From: Ranitomeya imitator
Lineage: Eukaryota
Reading direction: 5' to 3'
Assembly: GCF_032444005.1 (NCBI RefSeq)
Contig: NC_091285.1
Span: forward strand, 651,682,001-651,746,000
Length of the DNA stretch: 64,000 nt
Shown: piece after piece, positions 26,116 through 38,279 of the stretch
How positions within the stretch are numbered: position 1 is the stretch's first letter
Layout of the letters: every line of letters begins with the position of its first letter
Translations under genes and position numbers: made by a program
Notes under the pieces: generated by a model
Told to the model about the DNA's origin: nothing
The model's input: only the letters and a program-made list of their open reading frames with translations
Database searches by the model: none

Positions 26116-27170
26116 TTTAAAAAAAAAAAACACACACACAACCAGAAATAAAAAAGAAAAAGTCACAAATATAACAAAATAAAAAAAATCCTTCAAAGTA
26201 AAAAAAAAAAAAGAAAAACACCTAGAAGTACAGAAATTCTGTACATCTATACAGCAAACGTTCACACTTGTGTCATGGCAGGTAGAATTAGGGAAGGACG
26301 AGCCTGGAAAAATGGAATGTAACTAAACAGCCACCCCCATATGTGAGTGTAGAAAACCTTTCTATAGCCCATTTTACAAGATAGACACGGAATAAGGCGC
26401 CCCCTGCTGTACATGAGAGGAAAAGCATATTTTTTTAATATAGGGGTGAATCTATGCTCTCTGGAAGTCGACAGTATGCAGAGTAATGAAGTATTCAGGA
26501 GTGAGGCTGCTGAAAAAATAAATATACATAAAAACATTTTTTCCTGTTCATATGTTCGGTCTTTTGATTTTTTTTTTCCCTCAGCTTCTGGTTTTGAAAA
26601 AAAAAAAAATAAAAAAAAATTGCAGGTCACCTCTTCATTGTGGCTCCTGATGGAATCCACTCCAAACTAGGCACTGTCCAATCAGATGGCTGCAAAAAAA
26701 AAAAAAAAATGAAAAAAAAAAAATCCAAGAAAAACAACTTCAGGAAATGAAAAATTTCACCAAAACAAAAAAAAAGCAGTTTCCACTAGAAAACTTCTCA
26801 TTTTTACCCACAAAAAGAAAAAACTCCTTCCTACCGTTACACAGAAAACTTATAGAAAGTCCTGGTCTTGATGTCCTTACCCTAAACAAGGTAAAATTCC
26901 TTTTACTGCACATACCTAATATGTTTAGCGATTTTCCTTATTTCTAGGGTATATAGCTTCGCCATGCATTTTTTCCCCAAGTATGGAAATGAAGTTCTAG
27001 CACCTACAGTGCTGGAAGAATGCTGATGAAAAGAAGTTTCATCGGCATTCTTCCAGCACTATAGGTGCTAGAACTTCATTTCCATCACCTCCACAGTATG
27101 CTTCGCTCCTGTCATTTCTAATGGATTGCCTGCACTGAACGCCTGGATTTTTGTTATGCCTGTATGCAGT

Positions 27171-30100
27171 TTAACCCTTTCAACCTTTCCGATCCGGCCA
27201 AATGTTACAATTCTGACCACTGTCCCTTTATGAGGTTTTGGCTCTAGAACGCTTCAACGGATCCCGGTGATTCTTCTAAGATTTGTTTTTCGTAAAATAT
27301 TGTACTTCACGATTGTGGTAACCATTGACATTGACCAGTGACACCATTTTGGAAACTAGACCCATTAATGAACTTATCTAACTAAAGGTGCTTCACAGAA
27401 GTTTATAAGTGTTGAGCTGTAAAAATAAAATTAAAAAAATAAATAAATAAAATTTCCAACAAAAATTTTCTTTTAGCCCCATTTTTTTTCATTTTCACAA
27501 GGGTAACAGGAGAAAATTAACCCCAAAATTTGCTATGCAATTTCTCCCAAGTACACCAATACCCCATATGTGGGGGGGAAATACTACTTTTGAGGTACGG
27601 TGCAAAGCTCAGAATGGTTTGATGGTGCCAGAACAGCAGAACCCCACCCCCATATGTGACCTACCGTAATTTGACAAACCTCCTCCCAATTAATTCATTT
27701 AGGGGCAGTGATGATATTGACACCACATGTGCCTCACAGATTTATACCAGTGAGCAGTGAAGAAAAATTAAATTACATTTTTACCGCTAAAATGTTGTTT
27801 TAGCCCAAAATTTTTAACTTTTTATCACAGGCCAGACGGCATCCACAGTGACTATCTGCCTTATTATTGGGAATCTTCCTCCTTCCCGATGTAAGCGCTC
27901 AGAGTAGAGCACAGGATAAATGTGCGCTGAGCCTTACTGCAATCTTTGGGAGGCAGAATTTAAAAAAAAAAAAAAAAAAAGATCAACAGGTGAAGAATTA
28001 GTTATTTTTTTTTTTTTTTTTTACGCGATTCCTCCTGCAGTATAAATGATAACGTGGCTTTGTTCTTCAGGTCGGTGCGATTACAGCAACACCAGATTTA
28101 TATTATTTGTTTTTTTTTTATTGGATGCTGTCACACACCAAGAACGCTTTGCTTTGTTTTGTTTGCAAAACTTTGCATCACCACATTTTGAGAGCCATAA
28201 TTTTTCCATATTTCAGCCGACAGTCATGTGAGGGCTTGTTTTTTGCGGGACGAGTTGACATTTTCATTGGTACCATTTTCGGGCACATGACATTTTTTGA
28301 TCGCTTTCTACTCCGATTTTTGGGAGGCAGAATTAACAAAAACCAGCAAATTCAGGAATTTATTATTATTTTTTTTTTTGGGGGGGAGCACTTTGCCAGT
28401 AACTGGCTAGACAATGTGTCATCGTTTTAGGTCATACTTTAAGGGGTTGTTCAGGTTTGTGATAAAAATCTGCAGTGACTGTGACTGCAGACTTGTGAAT
28501 CCTCACCGCGCACCCTGCACACTGTCAGGATTCTCCAATGCTAATAAATATTTTTTTTTCTCCACCATGGTTTTTTAACCCAAAATTTTTCACAAGAAAT
28601 AACAGAAGAATATAGACGCCACAATTTTATACGCGATTCCTCATAGCGCTGTGTTCAGAAACTACTGGCAGGTGTCGATAGGGCAGAAACACTATTTTAC
28701 TTTTAGGGCGCAGTCAGACGGCGGTAAAAATCAGACCGCAATGCTCGGACTGGTCGATGGTTCTCCCGACCCGAGAGGGACAGCTGCATAGAAATGTATG
28801 AAGCGGTCATGGTCGGGTCACTACGGTCCGATTTATACAGCAGGCTGACTGCGCCCGAAAAGTGCAGGTTTTGCTGGACTAGTTCATTGGCACCACCCCC
28901 GAGGAGCCAGAACAATAGAAAACCCACAAAAGTTGCTTTATTTTCTAAATGGCACCCCTCAGGGAAATCACCTAGGGGTGCAGTGAGCATTTTGAGACCC
29001 CCAAGGATGTTTTCCGCAAACAAATGTTCAGGCTCAGAACGGAAGAACGACAAGTTTTTGGAACTTGAATTTTACTGAATTAGTTTTGGGCACATGTTAC
29101 TTTTGCCCCTGCTGTACCCGTACATGAGAAAACTCCTCAGAAGTATGCCCAGATTGGAAACTACACGCCGTCAGGGTGTTCATCAAGGGGTACAATTTTT
29201 TTTTTTGTAAATCTTTTTATTAAATTTTTCAAGTTGCCAAACAAACAATTGGTAATAACAAAATGATTTGGAAGTCATAAACTCAACCCATTCCCTCCCC
29301 CACCCAAAAAACCCTTTCTCTGCATGCGCAAAACCATCAAAGCATGTTATGGAATTGGTGAATTGCCGCTTATCCGCTGTAGTAACTATCATTGGGTGTT
29401 TTCAAATTGCGCTCTCAGCTTTTCCCTAGTCTCCAAAGGAAGAGACGGGATAAGAGAAGACCACGTAGACAAAAATCTGCCTGACATTTTCTCCTTATTG
29501 GTCAAAGCATCCATCCATTCCATTCTAAATATAAATTGGATCTTTGTACGAATGAGAGAAAGCGATGGAGTTGCTGGATTCAACCACTGATGCAGTATGC
29601 TTTTCCTGGTCGCCGAGGCCCATATCATGAGTGGTGCTTTGATATTTTTGGATAATTTGTGGTGTGCCTCATCAAGAATGTTGAAGATAGCCCATTGTGG
29701 GGTGAGCGCAAAAGCGATTCCACACAATTTCTGCAGCTCATCGTGAACACCACCCCACAACTCCTGAACTTTCGGGCAGCTCCACAGATGGTGGTATATA
29801 TCCGTGTTGTGGGATTTGCATTTAGAACACAAGTAGACTGAGACAGGAGACATCCTGGACTGCAGATAGGGCGTGATGTAGGCTCTATGTAATATTAGTA
29901 GTGCCATGTCAGTGTAGCTACTGTATGATAGTACTTTCCTTTGCGCTAGTGTAGCGTCAAGAAGATCCTCCACCTTGAGGCCCGGGAAGTCCCTTAACCA
30001 CCCAGCCACTCCCGTGGTTTTCCCCTCCCATGTCCATTTTTTGCGAGTAGATGCTACTTATAGACGCCGGTTATGTTCTTGTATTTCTAATAAACCCATC

Positions 30101-30749
30101 TAGGTTCGTCCTCCCTTCCCCCACCCCTCTAATCGACTGACATTTCTGCGCTAAGCTGCGCGCCTGAAGAAATTGGAATGGGTTATTGCTAAATAGTGGG
30201 AAACGTTGCGATGCCGTTTCAAAGGTTAACACCGAGAAATTAAGATCCAGTAGATCAATTGCTTGCCTACAGCCCTGAGAAGCCAGATGTTTATAGAAGG
30301 ATGGTGCGGTGCCCCTTAAGAACCCCGGATTACCCAGGAAAGGCTGATATGGGGACAAACCTGCCCTTAGTTTACAAATCTTTCTACAGCGTCTCCAAGT
30401 CAGTATTGTTTGCTACAGAGTCAGATGATCCCGTATCTCCACCGGGAGAGCCTCCCTTTTAATAGAATCTTACTTTTATGGTTACTTCAATTTGGGGACG
30501 TACATTAGGGTCTTGTTCACATTTAACTTTATGATCTCGGCTTTGTTTTTGGAATGAGATTTGAAAATTGTATGTATAGTGTTTTACACCATAAAAACAT
30601 GATTTTATTAGTGTTTTCTAGGTCAACGTTTTCTGAGAGTTATAAATTATTTTTGGAAACCATCGGCCAATGGGATACGAAGGAAGCCACACTCCATCTG
30701 TTAACCATCTAGATGCTGCTGTGACAATTGGCAGCATCTAAGGAGTTAA
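27171..30749. mobile_element. Possible degraded TTAA-flanked (piggyBac-like) non-autonomous element with an L1 inserted
   Basis: TTAACCCTT at 27171 and AAGGAGTTAA at 30740-30749; boundaries uncertain. Confidence 0.35.
29196..30460 (-). mobile_element. 5'-truncated L1-clade LINE (ORF2 3' part)
   Basis: ORFs 30071-30358 (SP..P..GNP.F...DL...F...FQFLQAR) and 29389-30009 (CSKC...HHLWSC zinc-binding region); AATAAA and poly(A) near 29196-29222. Confidence 0.8.
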
Positions 30750-31333
30750 TGGCCACGACTGGTGCTAGCACCAAGAGTGGCCATCACAGCAGTGTCTAAT
30801 GTAACATACAGGTAACAGCCGCACCGGCTCTCCTCTGATCGCTCACCGACAGCATCGGAAATTCCAAGATTGGCACCTGATCTGGTCCTGAACTAATTAG
30901 GTCCCGATGATGGCTCCAGAAACGGAGCAGCCCGAGTTGGGTCCTGGAAGGAGCAGTCGCAGGTAAAACGCTCGTTGTAAATGTTCAACAGCACAAAGCT
31001 CATCAAGCGTCGCAGGTCGTCAAGAAACTTTACATTGATGGCCTATACTTCGAATAGTTCATCAGTGTCTCATCAGTGGGGGATCGACACCAAATACCCC
31101 CCCACCCATGAGCTGCTCCCAGTGTCAGTCAGAAGTGCTCAGTCCCGGATCTGCACAGAACAACACTAGGGGGCGGATGCGCAGTACCAGCCGCAGCCAC
31201 TGTACAGTTGATGGAGCTGTTGTGCCGCTTTTCCACTAAGCTCTTCCAGCGGCAGCCAGCACTAGGTGGTGATTGTGGGGGTGGGGGTGCCCTCTGATGG
31301 GATATTGATGACCTTTCCTAAAAAGAGGACATT

Positions 31334-31476
31334 ATAATAATAATAATAATCTTTATTTTTATATAGCGCTAACATATTCCGCAGCGCACACATTATCCGC
31401 AGGTTGCACACATTATCATCACTGTCCCCGATGGGGCTCACAATCTAGAATCCCTATCAGTATGTCTTTGGAATGT

Positions 31477-31507
<31 letters not shown>

Positions 31508-31623
31508 ACGCAAACACGGAGAGAACATACAAACTCTTTGCAGATGTTGTCCTGGGTGGGATTAGAACCCAGGACCCCAGCGCTGCAAGGCTGCAGTGCT
31601 AACCACTGCGCCACCGTGCTGCC
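31334..31623 (-). mobile_element. tRNA-derived SINE (V-SINE/HE1-like), full length
   Basis: Minus strand starts GGCAGCACGGTGGCGCAGTGG (A box), has GGTTCTAATCC (B box) and ends AATAAAGA(TTA)n. Confidence 0.8.
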
Positions 31624-32054
31624 CCATTACATTAATGTAGAAGTCCCAGAGAACCCCGTCAGTGCATTTATAGCAGATTGTAAATGACACCTTTTAATAT
31701 AGAACAGCTGCAGGACTGCTTTCGAAGAGTTACGTGCACCAGATGCTGTTTTTATATTAAAAAAAAAAAAAAACACAGGAAAAATGGGATCGATTCTAAT
31801 TTTAATTCACTGTATTTAGTGCTATACATGTGTCAGTGTTGGGGTAAGTATTAAAAATCAGTCTGCAGGCACCGAAGAGGGGATTCAAGAAATGCAACAT
31901 AAAGAAATGCAAAAATAAAGAAACAAAAATTCCACAAGATCTCAGCAGTTTCTCATCCTTCTCACATGTAACAAAGAAAACAGGAATATACGAAAATATT
32001 TTGTCTCTGGAGGTCAGCTGTGACACCCACCCCTGTCTTGTATGTGGCTGTTAA

Positions 32055-32375
32055 AGGGACACGGTCACCTGAATTTGGAGGGAACAATCTTCAGCCATGG
32101 AGGTGGGGGCTTTGGGTTTTTGATTCACCCTTTCCTTTCCCCGCTGGCTGCATGCTGGCTGCAATATTGGATTGAAGTTCATTCTCTGTCCTCCATAGTA
32201 CACACCTGCGCAAGGCAAGATTGCACCTTGTGTAGGCGTGTACTACGGAGGACAGAGAATGAACTTCAATCCAATATTGCAGCCAGCGGGGAAAGGAAAG
32301 GGTGAATCAAACACCCGAAAACCCCGCCTCCACGGCTGAAGATTGTTCCCTCCAAATTTAGGTGACAGAGTCCCT
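32055..32375. mobile_element. T2-family MITE
   Basis: TTAA TSD; long TIRs AGGGACACGGTCACCTGAATTTGGAGGGAACAATCTTCAGCC and its inverse. Confidence 0.8.
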
Positions 32376-32444
32376 TTAAGCTACCGGCTGCAGAAGCCTC
32401 ACCAGTATATAGTGAGCAATGGCTGTAACCACACGCCAGCTCCC

Positions 32445-32765
32445 TCCCACCGACAGCCGGCTCCCCCCCAGCCTGAAAGCCAGCTCCCCAGCCTGACAGC
32501 CGGCTCCACCATCCCAGCCAACTCCCCCCCCCCCCACCCGTCTCCCCCCCTCCCACCGACAGCCGTCTCCCCCCTCCCACCGACAGCCGGCTCCCCCCCT
32601 CAGCTTGACAGCCGGCTCCCCCCCTCAGCTTGACAGCCGGCTCCCCCCCTCAGCTTGACAGCCGGCTCCCCCCCTCAGCTTGACAGCCGGCTCCCCCCCT
32701 CAGCTTGACAGCCGGCTCCCCCCCTCCAACCGACAGCCGGCTCCCCCCTCCCACTAACAGCCGGC
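32445..32765. repeat. 25-bp C-rich minisatellite (CTTGACAGCCGGCTCCCCCCCTCAG)
   Basis: Direct periodicity, e.g. 32582 and 32607. Confidence 0.85.
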
Positions 32766-32833
32766 TCGGCAGTGCATGAGTGCAGAGCGAGGTTAAGGAT
32801 GGAGAACACGGCTAGAGAAATACAACATTAACA

Positions 32834-32839
32834 TTTAAT
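32834..32839 (-). terminator. CDCA2: Candidate CDCA2 polyadenylation signal ATTAAA
   Basis: About 270 nt after the stop codon; motif match only. Confidence 0.35.
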
Positions 32840-33108
32840 AAAGGAACAAAAAGACAAACCACATATATAAAAAGAGAACGGCCACAACAACAACATTGCC
32901 ACGTTAAACGCCCATGGCATAGAGGAAAAGAAATGCCCAATATATGAGCACAGGAGAGCATTCTGTTTTAGGTCCACCAACGAAGGGACCCCACCAGATG
33001 CCAAATAACATACTCCTGGTGGGACCCAACATGCAAGAATCTCCGGACGTGGGTTGTCCTGCCAAAAAAAAAAAAAAAACCTCACACGTCCATGATGTGA
33101 AGTTCTTC

Positions 33109-34208
33109 CTATGAATCTGACACTAGGACACCGTGGTCTACATCAACTGAAGAGCTGTTAGGAACTTTGTCAAAACGGTTGGACCTCCTCCGCCTTGTAT
33201 CACGTGTGAATACACTTTCTTGGACAGTGGCGGTAGTCAGCGATCTTCTCCTGTTTCTCTTGGCCACGTTAAGCACTTCGTAGCCACTCAGGTTTTCCTT
33301 GTTTGGGCTGTGGACTACAATCTCCAATGTCAAAGCAGAGTTCTCCTCACGCCTCATAACAGAACTTACAGATTTCCTTCTCTTGGTCGTCTCATCTTCT
33401 TTGTTCTCCCCCACCCACAACAAACCATTGACTGCAGAGTCTCTGCGCAGTCTCATACTACGTCTCACCTTCTTTTCTTGTGTTGGAAACTGCAGAACTT
33501 CATCAATGGGAAGACAGAAGTCAAGACAGAAGTCACTCATGGCGGAGTCTGAATGAGGCAGCATAACAGTACCGAGTTCTCCGAGAGCATTTTGCTCAGG
33601 GTTTGAAAGAAAAGTGTGTGACACTTGATGGTTTCTTGAAGACCTTCTGGATTTTTGGGGTTCAGAGGCGATTGGTGGTATAGAGGAGCTGGAGCTTGCA
33701 TTTTCGGCTGAGGAGCACACTAATGTTCCTTGCACTGGATCATCAATACTTACTGGTTTGTGGGAGGTCTGATCAGCATCTCGTGGAGCTACAGAAGAAC
33801 GAGACACATAGAAACGTGTGGAAGAACGACGACGCTTGGAATTCTTGGCATTCCGTTTCTCCTTATTTAAACTGGGGGAAAGACCATTTGCAGCAAGTTT
33901 GCCAAACTGGTCTGTCACCCCTATCCTAGTAAGAGACTGAGGGCATTCACCTTGGGAGGTCAGGTCCAAGACATCAGAAGCAGGAAGGTCTTGGACCTTT
34001 TCTGGAAATCCACTCTTGGAGACTGTCAGGTCCTCCATCGTTGGCTCGGCTGGTTCATCTCGTGTCCCAACATCTTCTACAATGTGGACTGGTGACTTTC
34101 CTGGCTCCTTTTCTTCAAAATTTACCTCCGGAAAATCGTAAAATGTATACTGCGTCTTGATCTCTTGGACTTTACCAGCTTTATGGACCTTATCCACCAA
34201 AGCTTTAC
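33109..34208 (-). CDS. CDCA2: CDCA2 (Repo-Man) last coding exon
   Basis: Phase-1 acceptor ctatgctag; EKKVRRSMRLRRDSAVNGLLWV resembles human ETKVRRSTRLQKDLENEGLVWI; TAG at 33109-33111. Confidence 0.85.
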
Positions 34209-34296
34209 CTAGCATAGGAAAACCAAGAAAAGTCAAAATCCCAATATAAACCATCAAGCAATCTACACTACCACAACAACGAATGGCCTGCTGTAC

Positions 34297-34474
34297 CGTG
34301 AGGAACACCCCATGACGTGGGAGCAGGTGGTGTGGTGATGCTCTCCGGTACCTCTAGGATTGGACTCAGCAAAGGCTTCTTGGATACGACGTCTCGCTCG
34401 CTATACACAGGTTTCTGGACAAACTTCTTGGATTTCCGACCTTTCTTCTTGCCTTTTCCCTGGGGAGCTTTTAC
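34297..34474 (-). CDS. CDCA2: CDCA2 exon with the PP2A-B56 LSPIxE motif
   Basis: KKFVQKPVYSERDVVSKKPLLSPILEVPE matches human KKSVQKSLYGERDIASKKPLLSPIPELPE; phases 0 to 1. Confidence 0.9.
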
Positions 34475-34948
34475 CTGTGTGAGGTTACATATGTTGATTG
34501 CAATCTTACCCATTTTGATCACATCTCTCCCATGAAAAACTAGAAGAACCTTGTAAACTGGTTACGTAGTCAAGACTGATCCATTTTCTTTTTAGAGCAC
34601 ATGAACTTTTGAGCGCTACACTGGCACTTCTGTATCCACATGTACGGCACGGGCTCAGGAAGGGTCGCAGGAGATTAGTCGTTGGGGTCATAGGCTCCGA
34701 TATTTAGGACAGGTCCTTGTGGCCATTAAACTAAAAAAGGGTGGATCATGCGACTGGCGAGTCTCAACACCCGTCTGGTCAGTCTAACTTTACCCAGCGC
34801 ACCAATATTGTGAAAGCAAAATGACCCCCCAGAGTCCGGTTGCCATGTTTTCTGACTAATTTCAGAAAGTTCCCGTTCCCATTGCCTAGAGCCATGTAAG
34901 AGGCCGCAGTCGGACCCCCGCACAGGGAAGCGGTGCTAATGGACTTAC

Positions 34949-35047
34949 CTGGCCTTCGATGATCACCGACTTTCTGGATTTCTTGGCAGTCGCTTTGACT
35001 GTCGCCTTTGAGCCGTCACTTTCTGGGGTCTCCTCGCGGCCGCTCGA
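34949..35047 (-). CDS. CDCA2: CDCA2 exon (SSGREETPES...IIEGQ)
   Basis: ttcttcacag acceptor, CAG|gtaagt donor, 99 nt, phases 0 to 0 fit both neighbours. Confidence 0.75.
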
Positions 35048-36044
35048 CTGTGAAGAAGCCGAACATTAAACCAGTCTTCATTGATGGCCGATTTACTTGT
35101 GGGGGTACACAGCCGTTTCCCCCATAAGACTGCACTGCCATTAGCAGAACTGTGAAATTTTTGAGCCCATACACTTTAAGGGGTTGTGCACTGCCCGTCT
35201 CGTGCCCAATCCGACCAGGCGCAGGGAGCGGATTCTGGCATGGAACGCCTGGCACACACATACTATCAGTACATTGATTAAGTCACTGGCTGCGCTAAGA
35301 GGCAGCTCCCCGGCGGCTTCTCCCCGTCCTGCTCCCTCCATATATGTGTGAATAGACACCTGTAAGTGTAGGAAAAGCCGCTGGGGACCCACCTAGGACT
35401 AGTGAACCCGCTTACAAATTAGGTTCTCTCTGAAACACTGCAGTGTTTCAGAGTATAACATCCCTGGCTGAATTTCTGATTAATGCGGCCTATGTGTCAG
35501 GCAGAAGAATCTAACATCGGGTGCCCTTTAAGGAATATTTCCATCTCCAAGCTCCTGTTCCAATATGCAGCAGCAGGTTTAAAAATAATAATATTCACAA
35601 ATATCTCCAATTAGAAATGTAGTATAGTTGTTCTGATTAGCCATGTCACTTACCCCATGTGCTGGTGCTGCAGTAGCTTAGGAACCCATCACTACGGCCA
35701 TATAGTGACAGTTAGTGGCTAGTGGTCATAACCATGGATACCTCAGCTACTGCAATGCCCTGAGACATAGCTTATCAGAAGAACTATACTACATTTCCAA
35801 TTGGAGGTATTTGCCAATATTCTTATTACGCCTACTACATATTAGATAGGATCTTGAAGATGGGAATACCCCTTTTAGTCAAAAATAAAACAAATAACCA
35901 CAACAAAGTCACCTAAGTGTACAATCGCAACTGGCTCACATGTACAAAAAAATATATATATATATTAAAATTACTATGCTAAAAAGTGTGTACGGTCGGG
36001 GCACCAATGAGCGCCAGCAGCGCAGGCGAGAACGAGTGAGATAC

Positions 36045-36115
36045 CTTCCGCTTATTGGTGGAGCGCGTCTCCCGGCTTACAGCGAATGAGACGTCCAGAG
36101 AGGAGGCCGTGGATT
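36045..36115 (-). CDS. CDCA2: CDCA2 exon (ESTASSLDVSFAVSRETRSTNKRK)
   Basis: Strong polypyrimidine acceptor; phases 1 to 0; resembles human RITRTSNRR. Confidence 0.75.
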
Positions 36116-36416
36116 CTATGGACAAACAAAAAAACACCAAATTACTGACCCCAGAACTTCACCTGGTAAGATATTAGATGGATGCCATCACTACAAGTGA
36201 GGTGGCACCAAAGCCACAGGGCAGGACATACACACCACAATATGGCGGTCTGCCGCTGCACAGAGATGGGATGCACCACTGCGTCCTAGGAGGCCGTTAC
36301 AAGAGACCGTCCCAGAGGCCGTTATCGGACCCTCGGCTGTCGCCTACCTTGTACAGCTCTACCTGGAGCAATGCCCTTATTATACCATTATGTCAGGGTG
36401 CGGGACAGACACTTAC

Positions 36417-36542
36417 CGTCTCCAATGTCTGGAGGTTTCTCGGCCTCCTCCGCAGCCTCATTACAGGAGATCTCCAGGTCATGGTCGCCGGAGCTGCTCG
36501 TATCGACTGCAGCTTCTATGTGTCCATCAGGACCGCACTCCT
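36417..36542 (-). CDS. CDCA2: CDCA2 exon (EECGPDGHIE...PPDIGD)
   Basis: cacacag acceptor, G|gtaagt donor, 126 nt, phases 1 to 1, open. Confidence 0.75.
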
Positions 36543-36599
36543 CTGTGTGCCCGGAAAACGGAAATCATGAATGGTCACACTGGATTCACAATCAGCAAG

Positions 36600-37310
36600 T
36601 ACACAAACAGCCGGGAGCCAAGCCTGCGCAGCGCAAACAGATGGGAGCCAAGCCTGCGCAGCGCAAACAGCCGGGAGCCAAGCCTGAGCAGCGCAAACAG
36701 CCGGGAGCCAAGCCTGCGCAGCGCAAACAGCCGGGAGCCAAGCCTGCGCAGCGCAAACAGCCGGGAGCCAAGCCTGCGCAGCGCAAACAGCCGGGAGCCA
36801 AGCCTGCGCAGCGCAAACAGCCGGGAGCCAAGCCTGCCCAGCGCAAACAGCCGGGAGCCAAGCCTGCGCTGCGCAAACAGATGGGAGCCAATCCTGCGCA
36901 GCGGAAACAGCCAGGAGCCAAGCCTGCGCAGCGCAAACAGCTGGGAGCCAAGCCTGTGCAGCGCAAACAGCCGGGAGCCAAACCTGCCCAGCGCAAACAG
37001 CCGGGAGCCAAGCCTGCCCAGCGCAAACAGCCGGGAGCCAAGCCTGCGAAGCAAACAGCCGGGAGCCAAACCTGCCCAGCGCAAACAGCCGTGAGCCAAA
37101 CCTGCCCAGCGCAAACAGCCGGGAGCCAAACCTGCACAGCGCAAACAGATGGGAGCCAAGCCTGCACAGCGCAAACAGCCGGGAGCCAAACCTGCACTGC
37201 GCAATCAGCTGGGAGCCAAGCCTGTACAGGGCAAACAGCCGGGAGCCAAACCTGTGCAGCGCAAACAGCCGGGAGCCAAGCCTGTGCGGTGCAAACAGCC
37301 AGGAGCCAAG
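36600..37310. repeat. 30-bp minisatellite (CAGCCGGGAGCCAAGCCTGCGCAGCGCAAA), ~23 copies, in a CDCA2 intron
   Basis: Direct periodicity. Confidence 0.95.
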
Positions 37311-37618
37311 CCTTCATAAACACACAAATTGCTGACCGAAGTCAGTGTAGGGTAACAAATATAAATCACAAATTGCCAAAAGGCAAATAATCCCTAAACC
37401 AAGACCATACAATGTAACTTTTAATCAATACTACTAAAGGAAATATTAAAACTCACACTGGTCAGGAAAACAGAGGACACAAGCATGCTACTAATTAGAC
37501 TCACGTCCTGTAAAGTGCTCATAGTCCTAATACTGTATTAAATTTCAGGCGCATGGGTCAATCTATTGCTATAACACAGCTTCCCTGACCAGTGCTAATT
37601 AAAAATCGTCCGAAGCCT

Positions 37619-37658
37619 CCCCAACATGTTTCGCCAGCATGACTGGCATCATCAGGGG
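37619..37658 (-). ncRNA. Minimal type I hammerhead ribozyme (sense in CDCA2 pre-mRNA)
   Basis: ccc-CTGATGA-t-gccag/tcatg/ctggc-GAAA-catg-TT-gggg; GUU cleavage triplet. Confidence 0.75.
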
Positions 37659-37671
37659 ATTGAGGCTCAAA

Positions 37672-37712
37672 TCCCCTGATGAAGCCAGTCATGCTGGCGA
37701 AACATGTCGGGA
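37672..37712 (+). ncRNA. Minimal type I hammerhead ribozyme
   Basis: tccc-CTGATGA-a-gccag/tcatg/ctggc-GAAA-catg-TC-ggga; GUC cleavage after 37708. Confidence 0.8.
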
Positions 37713-37857
37713 AGTTATAGGGCGCCAAGCCTGCTTCATGCAATCAGCTACACACTGGGCAGCAAGCCTGCGTAACGCAAGCAGCCATGTGCCACGTCTG
37801 AATATTACTACAAACCACAAGGTACAAACTCTATAAACACACAAAAATCAAACCTAC

Positions 37858-37933
37858 CTGGCAATGGAAAGGATGCGAGAGGATCAATGTTCAAGAATTC
37901 AGCATCAAAGCAAAGTGGCAGAAGAGGCTCCTC
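37858..37933 (-). CDS. CDCA2: CDCA2 exon (EEPLLPLCFDAEFLNIDPLASFPLP)
   Basis: ctcatctag acceptor, G|gtaggt donor, phases 0 to 1. Confidence 0.75.
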
Positions 37934-38279
37934 CTAGATGAGAACAGAATAATCACCATCATCATCTCACAGATGGGGCCCGATATCTCCCCAATACCAG
38001 AGGTCACACAAAGCGGCAGGGAGCCACAGTTACACCTCCTGGAAGTGTAGAAATAAACTGACCATCCCCAACAGCACACCGACACCGTCTGCCAATACCC
38101 AGCTGGCACACTATTCATACACTTCCAGGAGAAACAACAGTGGTGAATCAGGGATCCGAGAAGAGACGACTGATGCTTCATGGTAATGGCGGCAAGGCGA
38201 ACACCGCCTGTCAGGAGCCGGAGAGGAAGCCCTCTCCATGATTAATAAAGAAGGGCACATTTCTCACCCCATCACCCAC

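Noticed and set aside
36371-37390. 339-aa ORF with QRKQPGAKPA repeats and overlapping 209-243-aa ORFs
   Set aside because: Produced by a stop-free 30-bp minisatellite, open in several frames and antisense to a CDCA2 exon
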